The notes beneath the pieces are model-generated. The model had not been told where the DNA came from. It saw only the letters and a list, made by a program, of their open reading frames with translations, and did not search any database. DNA of 64,000 bases from the human T2T-CHM13v2.0 reference genome, Homo sapiens. Position 1 is the stretch's first letter; every line of letters begins with the position of its first letter. This document shows positions 43,389 to 57,745 of the stretch, piece after piece. Where the stretch lies: the NCBI RefSeq assembly GCF_009914755.1, contig NC_060928.1; one strand, given 5' to 3'. Both the position numbers and the translations under genes were made by a program.

Positions 43389-44312
43389 TTTATAAATGAC
43401 TAAAATACAAATTTTATTTGAAGAGGAGGCACTTGGTATCCGACAATCACCACAAATCCAAACCTACAAGAATTAGCACTATTTTTTTGAAATAATTTAT
43501 CTTATCCTTAGTATATATAAATCAATAATAATCTCATTGATGATTTTAAGATAAGAACAGTATGAGGCTTTAGTAATAATAAACATCAAAGAGATCTTAT
43601 AGAGAGATAAACATACTATTAAAACAAAATTTAAAGATGCCCTTCTTTTTACTTGATATTTTCTCACTTTATATATTTTCTGACAGCATGCCATGGTATC
43701 TTGTGGCTGATAGTGACCTGTGAAGGTCATCTTTCAATTCTCTTCTGTTAGGAGGATGACTCTTAATTCAGACAAGGACATCCCAATAGAAAGATACAGT
43801 GTAAAAAATACAAAGTAGTAGAGAGATGACAAAAGAACACAGAGTTTTAGGAGAGATGAGATGAATGGACAAGAAGCAATCAATAAGAATCAAAGTTCAT
43901 TGTCCGTGCAAAACATCATCAGCAGACTCTACTCAGCCTGCTTACGGCAGCTTTTTACTCATCCTGCATCTCTGGAATTTCTTATGAGAAAAAGAAGGAG
44001 TAGGTGGAAGAGGAGGCAGGGGAGGAGGAGAAGAAGGAGAGAAGGAAGACCACCTGGGACACTTATCCATACATATTGAGAAGTAGATTTTGGTGCTAAT
44101 ACCATCTGAATTTATTTGTTTTGCTATAAATACTCCACAGTAGAAATAGACATTTGATAGACATTTCATTAGAAACACCAAATATTGATAAGAGAAAGAG
44201 CCATATTGTTACAGGTTAAACAAGATTTATCTATTCAGCCCCAGTGGGAAGTAGGTTGGTATGTTCCCAAAAACTCCAACTGACAATACATCCACTCTCA
44301 GAATAATAGTAA

Positions 44313-44609
<297 letters not shown>

Positions 44610-44864
44610 GGAAAAATAGCAATTTCAATATCTGCAATTAGGCCTCATTTATTCAAAAGTTTAATCACTTAAAATGCATATACCTAAATGTAAGTGGTTC
44701 AAAAATTTTAATCTCATGTATACAATATTTCTAGGTATACAAACACATTTGTATTATAGTTTAAGAATCCACGGTCTATATACTTAAATAGAATATAGTT
44801 AATAAAGCAACAACAGATATCACATTGTATAAATCTTAGTAAAATCTTCCCTTACAGTACAAAA

Positions 44865-45030
44865 ACATATGAGCTCAAGTATCAGTGGATCTGATTTCAG
44901 GTTTTGGTATAGTTCTTATTAAGAGTTGTATCTTAAGACAGTAACTCTTGCCTTTAATAGTGTTAATTTCCTTGCTGTGAAATGGAATATGGCACAGAAT
45001 TGTTATTGAGATGGTGAGGATCTATGTAAG
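44865..45030 (+). mobile_element. MIR fragment
   Basis: 'atttccttgctgtgaaatggaatatggcacagaattgttattgagat'. Confidence 0.5.
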
Positions 45031-45777
45031 TTGAGGATCCTGCAAATGTAAGTTGAGACACAGTCAGGTGTTATTGAGATGACAAGTATGATTCATAATT
45101 TTTTAAATTTAACTGCAAAATCTGGGTAAATATGTTATGATAAATGAAATACCAGACAGTAATGCTGTAAATGATATTTTTCTGTTCCTCAAATGGGTTA
45201 CAGTTGCCTTGATTTTGCTCTTACAATAATTAAAGTTTGTTGGTTAAAAAATTGGGTAGTTAATTCCGTTTGTTTCCTTAGAATTTGTGTATGCGATTCA
45301 ATAATAAGTTTGACTTTACAAGTGCAGAAACCTATTCTGTTAGGAGAATGAGTACTCTGTACCTGTTCAATTTCCTGATATACAGTGGTGGTTCACAAAT
45401 TAGTTTTTAATATTTTAATAAAAGAATGAAATAAATAAAACCCCAGTTTGATATTTTTAACAAAACAATTTTTCTTAATTCCAATTAAAACATACTTCAT
45501 GTACTGATTAAATTAAAAATTGGCAAACATGACAGGATTAAAATCATTAGATTATTTTCGAGATGGCCCTCCACCTAAAGAATCCAGTTGTGCTACCTGT
45601 TCTTCAGTCTATCTGGTAGCATGAAAAGTGTTTCCACAGCTAATACCTTCTCAAATAAAGTGTAAAGAAATGAAGGAGGTCCAGCAAGTCCAAGTCACTA
45701 GAATACAAACTAGCATACTTGAATGACAGCATTAATAATGGAAAATTGAACATTTTTTAAAACTTCCTGCTGATGAT

Positions 45778-46072
45778 GGCCAGGTGCAGTGGCTCACTCC
45801 TGTAATCCCAGCACTTTGGAAGGTTGAGGCTGGCGGATCATGAGGTCAGGAGATTGAGACCATCCTGGCTAACACGGTGAAACCCCGTCTCTACTACAAA
45901 TACAAAAATTGGCCGGGCGTGGTGGCATGCACCCGTAATCCCAGCTACTCAGGAGGCTGAGGCAGGAGAATCATTTGAACCCAGGAGGCGGAGGTTGCAG
46001 TGAGCCTGAGATTTCACCACTGCACTCCAGCCTGGCGACAAAGCTAGACTCTGTCTCAAAACAAAAACACAA
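45778..46072 (+). mobile_element. AluSc (Sc8-like)
   Basis: 'catcctggctaacacggtg', 'agcctggcgaca'; 18-bp TSD aaaacttcctgctgatga (45759-45776) / aaaacttcttgctgatga (46073-46090). Confidence 0.96.
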
Positions 46073-46449
46073 AAAACTTCTTGCTGATGAAAGACACAAT
46101 TGCCTCATAATTAAAACAATATTCTGAGGTAAAAAATTAAATTCCAAATTCCAAATGGTTGCATTTATCAGCAGGTATGGATTAACTCAAACTAATGCAT
46201 TTAATGTAATTTCATAGAAATATGAGAGTTCTTTGCAGTTGCCTAAAACTGAACCTTATTCTTTAGATTTTTTTTTTCTCTTTGCACTTCAAGTTTTTCA
46301 GTAGTTTGGCTACAAATGACCTGAAAATAAGCTTTTTTGAGTACATAAATAATCAGTGTGGTGAAGCAATAGTATTACGTTGCAAATTTTTCCAATTCTT
46401 CCTAGAATGAATTTAACTCCATCCTACTTGGAAAATCCCTCCCTGTCTC

Positions 46450-46590
46450 TACACAGACACACACACACAAACACACACACACACACAAAATCTATACATG
46501 TGTGCGTATATATATACACAATTTATATTGCATTTATATATATATATACACATGCACACATATATATACAATTTATATTGTGTATATATT
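46450..46590. repeat. (CA)n/(TA)n compound microsatellite
   Basis: Direct read. Confidence 0.9.
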
Positions 46591-47859
46591 TCTATTGTCT
46601 AAAAATAATTAAAGTTAGATAAAATTTAAAATTTAGTATCTGTTCCAAATAACACACACATAGACATACACAAATACAGGTGTATATCTACACACATACG
46701 TATATAGTCACATAAAATATCACTTTGTAAACCTATCTCGTGCATTTTACATTGCATTTCTTTTTAACGATCTACATATTTTAAAATTTATTAAATGTAA
46801 TACATGCATGCAAGTACTTGCAGTGAGGAATTTTTTTTAGAAAGCATCTACACTACATATTAGGTCTTATTTTAATATCAAATATTCCAATCTAATATTG
46901 CCCCAATACCAACTAAAGTGAACAATAAAAAATATTGTACTCCATCTTGAGTTTTCAGATTAAATGTAGAAGGAAGAAAAAAGCGATATTATTTCTTCTT
47001 TAACAATCATCAGTGAGCTTAGTTGTTGTAAAATTCTTTATATTATATACTTTGTTTTATTTTTATATACAGAAAACGACTCACTAGCCAGAGCAAAATG
47101 TAGGTAATGTTTCTTTTGAGAAAAGTAGCAGTGTGATACTTTTGACAGCTTGGTGATTTCCTTTTGGGTGACCTTGAATTGATAATGATACCTTATGTTT
47201 AAGAAGGATCATCAATCTTGGAGCATCTTAGTGACAATCTCAGTGTCAATTTCTTTATCACAGTGGATATATGTCTGAACTGCTCGCACTTATGCTAAAT
47301 TAAGAGATCCTGGTGGGTTACACAAATAAACAGTAGCACAGAACAAAGTCATTCCTTCTTTAAGGAAATAAAGGTAATTTGTCTCAATTCATGTAAGAAT
47401 GTGATAAAACTAGTGAAAAAAATATGAAACCAAGTGCATTTCTTTTTAAATCATGGAAAGTCAGAATATTTTTTGCTGCATTGCCTATTTCAGAAAACTA
47501 CTTTGTGTGAAACTTCCCACTAATAAAACATTTCTCAAAAGCCAAGCTATAGTTTCTATCACTAAAATAGACATTACTTTTACCAATGTGTTAAATTTTT
47601 AAATTATGTATTGGTAAATCTTAATTATAGCACTAAATGAAATGACTGTAGATTGTGATATTTGATTGACATATTAGACATTATAAATTTATCTCTAAAC
47701 ATTTCTATAAGTTTGAATTCACAGATTTGAAGAATTTATCTCTGATGAAATTTCAGATTATATTACATAATAGTATTTTCAAAGTCAACCTCAATGATTA
47801 ATTGAAAATAAATATCTTTTTAAAATCTGAAAAGTATTGTTTTCTATTTTGCTTGCAGA

Positions 47860-48095
47860 GAGCATGAGCTATTAGAAGGGAAAGTGGTGTGGAGTCAGCA
47901 AAGAAGGGATTAATTAATAGTTCTAATATTTTATAACTAGATGATTTTTTAGAAAAAATACTTTCCTTCTCTGAGTCTCAATTTCATCATTATCAATAGT
48001 GGAATATAATATGTATTAAGGGTGATTATGAGGATTCAAAAAGGTATGTAATTATAATATTTAACATAATATACATATCTAATGAGATAAACTTT
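47860..48095 (+). mobile_element. MIR
   Basis: 'cttctctgagtctcaatttcatcattatcaatagtggaatataat...ggtgattatgaggattcaaa'. Confidence 0.7.
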
Positions 48096-49149
48096 GATTA
48101 TACTGCCTATTTTGGAGGATCCCTGGGACCAGATATTCTTCTAACACCCTCAGATTGGTTTGAGATCACACGAGTGAGTCTAATACTTTATAAGATTTAA
48201 CAAAGTGCATTGTTTTGCTTAATAACCTTCCAAGTCATTGTTCCACTGAACTTTATCTGGATTGGATGAAGATTTCTGGTCAGTTTCATTTCATTCCTTG
48301 ATGTTCAGAGAGACAAAAAAGTAAACCCTGTGTTGTTGCACAGAATAGATGGTTTTCTGTAATCTCCTTTGTTCATCCTTAATAACTATGATTTTTATAA
48401 TGATAGAATCTACCTAAATTTCAAAATGATATCTGAAACTTAATTCCATTGAAGAGATATCTTTACGTTTTAATCAGAATTCACATATTGACAAAAGCAG
48501 TTATACTTCAATCTTGTACAAAATCATTCTCAGTTACAAAATAAATAGTTAAAATTAACATATTTTCATAGATTAAAATATTTTAGTAATATAAAGTTAT
48601 GAAAACCTCAACTGGCATATACTCAAACATTCCTTTAACTTCTACACACTCTCTCTCTCTCTTTTTTTTAAAACTATTCCTATAGTAAGGTTTAATCCAA
48701 CATTAGTTGTACCTACTATGTACTTTACCAGGGGTTGGGGTGAAAATTTTTTTTAATACTCTTTTCTCAGAAAGAATTTAGTTTTTACATTAATAGGGAG
48801 CTGTATAATTTGAGCTATATTACCCTCCTTGACTCTTCAGTTAAAAAAGAAAAAAGGAAATGAACAAACAAACCAAAACAAAAAATGTAAGAAAAAAATC
48901 AGAATAAAGCAGGATTAAATAAAAAATAATGAGCTACTGTCAGCATGTTGGCAACATACATATCACCAGTGCTATAAATAGATCATTTATAATGTCTACA
49001 AAATTGAATATATCACATTATTTTCTTCATGTTACCATCATAGCCTGTTGCAACTTATACCATTAAGTCAAATTTGTAAAGAGAATATTACTGGTACAGT
49101 GTCACAATTCAGTAATATTGGAGTGTTCATACTACATGCGTGCATTTGT

Positions 49150-51254
49150 GTCTATCACTCGCATTACAACAGTTACCATTGGAGTTAATATGACTGAGGC
49201 AGAGCTGAAAATGAATATTCTTGTCCATTCCTACATAAACTGTCTCTGATCTTCTTTTATGATTAGAATGGAAAAGAAAGTACTCCCTAAATCAATTACT
49301 GCATAACAAAAAGTATCTGACACAACAGCTGAAATTGTGGCTACTACGTGGTTAAGCTTGAGGTAGGTTGCCAACAGTTTTTATCCTGGACATTTCAGAG
49401 GTTTCTATTTAACCTTCCCTACTATGACAACTCAACCCTGAGTCAATGTTCAGATTACTTCAATTTCTCAGTATAGTCAAATACATACTTCAAAGCCATA
49501 GGTAGTTCTAAAATACCCGTGATTTCACATGAAACACCTCAGATAGGAATTTATTTTAGTTTTCCCCCTCTAGTTTCCATTTTAACAGGAGGCATGGTGA
49601 TATCGTGAGACTCAGGATATCAGTATCAACTCTTACCCTATATACATAGTTCTCGAAATGTCTGGGTATTTTGTTTTCGGCATTCAATCCCTGAAGCAGG
49701 TGGATAAAGCCATTTTCTGTATGTACTTGTCATGGTGTTACAGGGTTCTTCCTTCCAGAGATACAACCTCCTTTTTAGTCACTGGGATCCAGATCTAAAA
49801 ATGGTGAGGTCAAGGTCTACAAGCTCTACAAATGATTGGGGCTTTTTATTGGGATAACAGCCCTCAGTTTCCTGCTCCTTAATTCTCATCCTTATTTGAT
49901 TGTATATGCTCAGTAGCACTCTTGTTGACTGCAATCTACTTTGTCCAGGGATGCTAAATCGACCGTCTCTACAACTTCGCAGGAGTAATGTCTCATCAAT
50001 TTCCTCCAGTTGTACTGGTTATTACAATAGTTTTGACCTCTCATGTTTTAGACATTATATGTTGCCACCTGGCCTCTATTAGTTTAGGGTCCATTAATCT
50101 CAATGGCTTTTAGTGAGCCTCATTTTATCACTGTTTCTCTTCTTTTCAAACTGAACCTGCAGCGAGCAGTCACTGCTGAACTTCTTAAGGATGTCGATAT
50201 CCTGCTTCTAAGTGTATTCCTGATAGTCCTAGTAAAGGGTGTGTCCTTAGAGCCTATCCCGTAAACATATATTCATCTGGCGTTTTTGTTTTTGTTTTTT
50301 TTGCCTTGCATTATAAACATTTTTTACACGACCACTTCTTTGGGTTTCTATTTTTCTTCCTTGTCTGCCAGAGCACCTTGGACAGTACTACTGCACTCAG
50401 CTTCTAAGACTCACCTGGTTGTAAGTTTGTCTCAATCTTTGGAGTTTCTGCTTTGATAAATTGTCCCCTGGTCACTTATTACTTCTTACTTATCAAGTTT
50501 GACATTCTGGTCCCCTGATTAAACACTCTAAAAATCCAATCTGAGAATAACTTCCTTGGCCCTTGCCAGCACATGATATCTAATTCCAACTTCTCCTTTT
50601 GTTTATAATTTATTTCTTCCTTTATCAGCCTCAGCATGCTCCTAGCCAGGGTATACTGGAATTAATTCTAATTTTGTTTGGTGCAGCTTCTGAGGAAAGC
50701 AATTATTTCCTAGTGATAAAAAGCCCTCTTCTGTACAATGTACTGTTAGGGCCTAATAGGGACTGATGGGGTACGTCTTCAAGCTCTGAGGTTTCAAGCA
50801 AATTTGCAAAGCCAATATCCTCAGGAGTTACATACGGATGTCCCCAGATTATGTGTCATGGTAAGGTTTTCATAACTAAGGCCTGACTTTTCCATAACAG
50901 ATCTTGTTTACCTGAGCATAAAAATGTATTTGAAGGTCTGCAACACTATCAGATTGTCCTACCCTCTTCAATGAGTTCATTCAAATTAGCAGCAAACAGC
51001 CAGTATGGCTATCCTGTTATGACTCGTCAGCCCTCAGATATGCAAAATGCCTAAATCATTGCACCTGAAGAGGTGAGGACTTCCACCATTCCCCCAAGTA
51101 TCTGCAAGATAAACCCTTGGCAGTTAAGATGCCATCTTGTGTCATCCTCTATTGGTGATCCTCCTACCATTAAAGATAATGTCTACTTTTTCTGCCAATG
51201 AATAACACCCATTTCTTCATTTTTCCATCTTTTTTCTTAAATATATTGGTATCA
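49150..51254 (-). mobile_element. ERVL-class provirus internal remnant (gag-pro-RT; ERV3-16A3_I-like)
   Basis: Minus-strand translation gives RT 'YLKLNHVVATISAVVSD' and 'YAVIDLGSTFFSILIIKEDQRQF...NGQEYSFSALPQ' (about 49370-49190), and protease-region 'NTQTFRE' (about 49670-49650). Abuts the LTR at 51255. Multiple stops and frameshifts. Confidence 0.8.
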
Positions 51255-51690
51255 TTTGCATTTGTTTAGGACCACCGAGTGGCAGACAGCAAGAAAGAAT
51301 TAGACATTCAAGACATTTATTGTAGGGAGAAGCAAGAAAAGAACAGTAGATTCTTTATATCATAATGCTGGGCTGATACACATAGAAGGAGATAGGGATG
51401 AAAAAATGGATTAGGAGGAAAATTCTCTGATGTAGCATGATTCCAACAGAGGTTTGGTTTCCAGAAAAGGAGTACTTGAGCTACGGTCTCCTGTTGGAAA
51501 ACTCTCATATCTCCCAGTAATGAATCCACTGTGTATTCACATTATACTGAGTCACTGACTTGGGGAAATCTGGGGAAAGTATGATCTTAGTGGGCATGCA
51601 GTTGTGGATCCAAAGATATAGCATCTGGAGTGTCCAGTAAAATATAGACCCACAGCAGATGCAAGAGACACATTTACACAGAAATCACAT
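51255..51690 (-). mobile_element. ERVL LTR (LTR33-family), 5' LTR of the provirus remnant
   Basis: 'gcagacagcaagaaagaattagacattcaagacatttattg' (AATAAA on minus), 'gtggatccaaagatatagcatctggag'. Confidence 0.7.
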
Positions 51691-52627
51691 ATCTGATTTC
51701 ACATTTTATATTTAAGTTTATGGGCTCCCCATGTGTCTCTACTCAAAAGTGTTAAGTAAATTGTGCATTAAGATTGATGCTGGAGAATTTAAGGACTCTG
51801 GGTTAGGATGAAATAAAAACATGCAGAGAGGAAAACTTAAGAAGAAGAGACCACACCTTGTCTCAAACACATTTCTCTTACCTCACAATAATTCCTAGAA
51901 TCAACTTTGCCTACATGTGAAAGTCATCTACCTGTTTAAAATGTAACACAAAAGAGCAGTTGGTCACCCTGAAATATTTTATGTGAGGATTGGGAGCGAA
52001 AGAACACACAGTATGAAAAAAAATCAGCAAATTTAATCTCAGTGCAAAATAAAAGAAATACATGCATTTTCCCCTTAGGAGTCATGCAGCCCTTAGACTT
52101 TAATGCTTTACCTTTGCTTTCCTGATTCTACTATTCCAAGGAGTTATTTTAACTCCCTGTTTGCTTCTTCATTCCATTGTTCTTTTTTCCTCCTGCAAAC
52201 TTACCTTTCTATTTTCTACATGTCTTTGGAGTATCAGCAAGAACAGTGCAATGTATAATAATCCTGGAAAATGGAAGCATAAGATTCAGGTTCTTATGAA
52301 CAACATCATTTGCCATGATGTTGATAAAATACCAAACTGTGACTGGATAATGACCTTTGGGTTTATGCTTATGTTCACATACCTAGAGTATAAGCAGTTG
52401 TGGAGATCAGTCTTTTGTGGTAAGTTTTTATAGTTCATGTGAAAAAGAAAAAAAATAAATATCTAGCACCCAGAGTTGCCTGATGCAAATATTCTTCTGA
52501 TTCTCACTGTGAAATGTTTTTTTGTTGAGGATAATTTCTCACTTTAGAGTAAAACAAATCTTGGGTCTTGTCACTGTCTGAAATTAAGAGAAACACATCA
52601 CTAAGATCAAATACCTTACCTACATAA

Positions 52628-53006
<379 letters not shown>

Positions 53007-53949
53007 GGCTAGTGTGTGGATTTTAAAATGAACTTTTTCTTTACTGGAAATACATAGTCAACTTCATTGGTAGGAGTAAAAAACAACAGAATATAGCTTA
53101 GCAGCTTAGTTATAATGCATACTAGGCTACAGGCAGTAGCACAGATCACAAAATCATCGAAGGTGAGAGTCACAGGTTATATGACAACTGCCCTTTCCCT
53201 GAATATGAGGGTATTCTAAGCCTGGGTTATAAGTGGACTGGAATGGCGTCCAGCTGGTGAATTCAGCTCGGAAATGCAGGTGAGAAAAGTGCTTAATACT
53301 TGAAACATAAGGTGCAAAGAACAGTATTTAAAACACTAAGGACACTTTTGAAATTTGTAGGGAAAGGATTCTAAATGAAAACAGGCAAAATGATGTGACA
53401 GGCGTGGCTATGGATTCTGAATCAATAGCCTTCTATGAATTCAGAAAAAAAACTGAACAAAACTTTACTATAGCTTTATAGTAAAGCTGATTGTTTCCTA
53501 CAGTTTTATATTGTAGTTCAGTAAGTTGGAAGGCTATAGGGTTACAGGAAAGAGGTACAGATAGAGGCAGTCACTCAGAGAATTTTCTTCTGAGTAGAAA
53601 TCTGCTTTTCTTTGGTATAGCAGCCGTGTTTATTGTCTTGCACATTTTTATTATTAATAGGAAGCTGCAGTGATTCTTACACTACCTGCTCCACACCACT
53701 CCCACCTCTCTGGCCCCCTTAAACCAGAATTATGTACAGTAGGCAACGTGCTCCGTGTGGTTTCCAGAATTGCTGGAGGGATGCACAGTTTCCGTCAACT
53801 GAAATACAGAATTTTTTTTAGTCTTAACTTTAGTCCATTTAAGATTCCCTAAATAGATTTCTTCTGGAATCTCTTCTAGTTTCTATGCCAATCAGTTCTT
53901 TCAGATGTAGCAAAGACACATCATTGATTCCTTCTATTCTTGTCTGATT

Positions 53950-54760
53950 TAGTAAAACTTATCATAACCAAATTAACATAAAAATTAACATAACTGAAAT
54001 ATAACTTCTGATTTTTTTTCCTCCCATCCAATCTATTTTCCCCCAATCTTTCCTATTTCTGGAAATGGGATCATCATGTGCCCAGTTGATTAAGACTTTA
54101 TTTTCTAACCACACATATATTATCATCAGAAACTCTTGTAGCTCCATCATCAAAATAAAATTAAAAAACCCCTACTCCACCACGAATGTCCTCTTTTTAT
54201 CATCATCCTTCACTTGTACTATAGAAGTAGCAGACTAGCCAATATTTGTACTGCTGGTCTTTCCCTCTTGCAATCTGTTCTCTAAATAGCAGCAAGCTAT
54301 CTGTTTAAGATGCTCATCAGTGCACATCCTTTCTTAATTAAATACATCTAATAGCCTCCTATTACTCTTAGAATTTGGAACTTTCTTTAATGGTCAACAT
54401 TAGCCTGTCTGATATGCTATGGCTTAAGCCTTTGACCTTATCTATTCTACTTTTTTTTTTTCTCACTGAACTTCTGCCTCTCTAATCTTTCAACTTCTGC
54501 TGTACAATTTCCATATTATTGATTATTTTAGAGTCACTTCTTATTCCCTTTGCCTGGAATATTTTGCTCCAGATGCTACAGAAGTAGCATCCTCAATGGC
54601 TGATGCCTTCACAGAAGGTAGCCTTCTTCCCATATGTCAGTCCTTGACTATCTTATCTAGAATAAGCCCCACCCATCTCAGTTATGGTCTATTACTTTTT
54701 ATGCTCTTTTTTTTTTTTTGACAACCAAATGTTATCCGAAATTCTAACAAGTTCATTAGT
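53950..54760 (+). mobile_element. L2 fragment
   Basis: 'cataactgaaatataacttctgatttttttcctccc', 'caatctgttctctaaatagcagcaag', 'ttccctttgcctggaatattttgctccagat'. Confidence 0.75.
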
Positions 54761-54830
54761 CCCTGGAAGAATCATCCATCTGGCCGTGTTGAGACGAATC
54801 CACTGAGATTCCAGTTTTAAAAAATCATCT

Positions 54831-55135
54831 TATATTAGTCAGGGTCCTGGAAGAAAAAAGGGCACATTCAAAATCAACAATTTGCAAGAGTTTGAGTTTA
54901 AGAAAACCAACAAAGGACAGTGCCATGTGCCAGGATTAGTGAGAGCTGTAGCACTTCTCACTCTTGAGTCTGAAGGAACAAAGAGTAGAGTAGAAATGCT
55001 TATCATAATGTGAGTGGTACACATACGGAAAGAGCCACTAGAGACTTGTGACTTTGCGTCAAGAGACAACAAACTCCACCAGACCTAAAAGAGAGGAGGC
55101 AATTAACACTTCAGCTTTCCTTCTTTCCATATTCC
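54831..55135 (-). mobile_element. ERVL LTR (LTR41-like)
   Basis: Starts 'tatattagtcagggtcctggaagaaaaaagggcacattcaaa'. Confidence 0.55.
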
Positions 55136-55564
55136 CTTTCATTCTCAGAATACAATTTAAATTCATACTGCTTATTTGATAAAATATAAATATATTTCAC
55201 TATTAAGCTACTTAATTTTTTTGGGTGTGGTCAATTACACTGTAACAATTTTTGCCAGAATATCAAACACTTTTATGTTTTCAAATATAATGGTTACTTC
55301 TCTCTTCTCATTCTCAAGCTCTCAGCGATATTTGTTCTAGAACAAGAATAGGATCCTGGAGACCTGGTAGAAATGCATCTTAAGAGTCCAGGCAAGTTGA
55401 TAGTTCAGAGTATTAGTAAATGTTACTAGAAATTACAAGAAAATAATAGATAGTGACTTGGAAGTAAGACTGTCTTAGAAAGTGCTGTTAGAAAGAGGGG
55501 CAGCCACGAAGGGGCAGAGAACTGTGAGACAAGTCATATTTGAGGTAATAAGTGACCTAAAGGA

Positions 55565-55725
55565 GTAATTTTTCAGACACTGTCCTAAATGCTTCACAGG
55601 TATTAATTAATTTAATCTTCACTATAACAATATGAAGTGAAGATGATGTCTTGCTATATTGGGGGGAACCTGTTTTTTTTCTTGGGGGGGAACACAACTG
55701 GCCCAGAAAAATTAAGGAACCCCAC
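55565..55725 (-). mobile_element. MIR fragment
   Basis: 'cagacactgtcctaaatgcttcacaggtattaattaatttaatcttcac'. Confidence 0.65.
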
Positions 55726-56013
55726 CAATAATACTAGTAGTTTTCAGTAGTCATCTATTAGCATTCATGATTTGCTCCTAGGGTGCAATGTAATGTTGGC
55801 GATATTACAGAAAGGAATTATTCTATTCAATTGTTATTTAAGAAAAAATTTCTAAGAAAATCTAAATGGAAGTATTTATTAAAAGTGGTTTTAGAAATCT
55901 GATAGTATATGGTCATAACTTTTCTCTGTGAAAAGTAACATTTAGTAGTTTGATAAGTATCAATCACAAGAAAAAGAAAAGGAAATTATTTTTACATTTT
56001 AAAATACTCTAAC

Positions 56014-56281
56014 AGATTTGACTCTGTGGCTCATGCCTATAAGCCCAGCACTTAAGGAGGCCAAGATGGGAGAACTGTCCAAGCCCAAGAGTTCAAAATC
56101 AGCTTGGGCAACATAGTGAGACCCTGTTCCCAGAAAAAAATAAAAATAAAAAATTAGCTGAGTGTCGGGGAGAATTACTTGCACCCAGGAGGATGAGATG
56201 CAGTGGGCTATGATTGTGGCACTGTACTCCAGCCTGTGCCTCAGAGCAAGACTGTGTCTCAAAAAACAATATTAAAAAATT
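56014..56281 (+). mobile_element. AluJ with right-arm deletion
   Basis: 'agcttgggcaacatagtgagaccctg', 'gcagtgggctatgattgtggcactgtactccagcc'; TSD-like aaaatactctaa / aaaatacttaa. Confidence 0.88.
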
Positions 56282-57509
56282 AAAATACTTAATAATTTTC
56301 ACTTCAATTTTGCAAGGAGTATTTGCATATCTTATTTTATTTCAGAATAAATATTTATTTTTTTCTCTAAGTAGACAGAATTTTATGGCAAAAAATCTTA
56401 CACAGATCACGTTGAAGGAGCACATATTAAATTTCTATTTTATATTAAAACTTGTATACTTTAGTCATTCCACATTTGACTTTTAAAACAAAACACTTGG
56501 TTTCCCCTTATCTTTAACATAGTTTTTCATTCATTTCACTCATTTTCTCATAGATAAATAAATGACATTTGCTTAAAGCAAAATTCCAGGGTTCCTTTAT
56601 AATTGCAGTAAGGCTAATAAATCAGAGAAACCAAAAAAAATAAGGAAAATTTTCAAAAATATGCTAAATTAGTAGAAAGACAGGATTCAAATTTTACAAA
56701 TTAAATTTTTGGGGAATGGTGTTTCTTGGAAAAACTACAGGTTTTTATGTCATTGAGAAATCTTCAAGTTTCACAATATTAAGCTATCTAGATATCTCTG
56801 TATATCTGTTAGCACAAAGATTTCTCTTGAATAGTCCCTATATGGTCTACATAATACTGTTAATATAAAAGTAACTATGATTGTTGTTTTATTTTGACTA
56901 TTACTATTATTGTTACACTTACTTGATCAAGTTTCTAGTTACTTCAAACTCATCAGGATCTCAATAAATCAGCTTTTGAGTACTCTAAAAGAAAAATAAT
57001 GAAAATAAATATATTTAACCATCATTGTATTAAAGGTAGTATTTAAAGTTGTAGTAATTAATTAGGTCACTTATAGAGTGAATGAAGATAGAGAACGAAT
57101 ACACACAAGGACCAAAGAATTCAGAGTTAGTAGGAGGAAAACTAAAGAAGCTCAAGTTGCTAACTAAAAGAGCTGGAAAGTGTGGTGTTCAAAACTGTAG
57201 TATAACTTAGTGAGCATCTGTCCAAATCTCTTCACGCTCTTATAATCATGTATACATATGAGCATATATTTTCACCTTTATCCATACACAAACGTCTGTT
57301 TATGTGTGAATAGTGTGTGTACCTTGTTTGTTTCTTAAAAATGGTATCTATTAGTGAATTTGAGCAACTTTTCATATTTTTTGTGATTTAACTGCAACTC
57401 ATTTATACTATTGCTATAACTTAAACACTTACATATTTTATTTAAGGACATTCATCTCTATCACGTTTATGAATTTTATAGTTTGAAATAATTTGGACCT
57501 CTGGTTTGT

Positions 57510-57745
57510 ATAGAATGCTGATAAAATGCTTGGGCTTTGCAATTAAATAAATCTAAAAATAGAAGCTAATGTTGGTCTTTTATATGGAGAGTAGTTAAGT
57601 TTTTTAATCCATGGTTTCTTCATTTAATAATAGTAGTATCTTATGTGAGTATTATGAAATTAAGAAATTAAGATTTGGTATTTTTAGTTTGAATGAATAC
57701 ATGTAATAGTGACTCACATACTGGTAGTATAATTGTTATTAATGA
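57510..57745 (+). mobile_element. MIR
   Basis: 'atggtttcttcatttaataatagtagtatcttatgtgagtattatgaaattaag'. Confidence 0.5.

Noticed and set aside
43985-44050. Arg-rich peptide 'RKRRSRWKRRQGRRRRRREGR'
   Set aside because: Translation of a GA-rich low-complexity tract.
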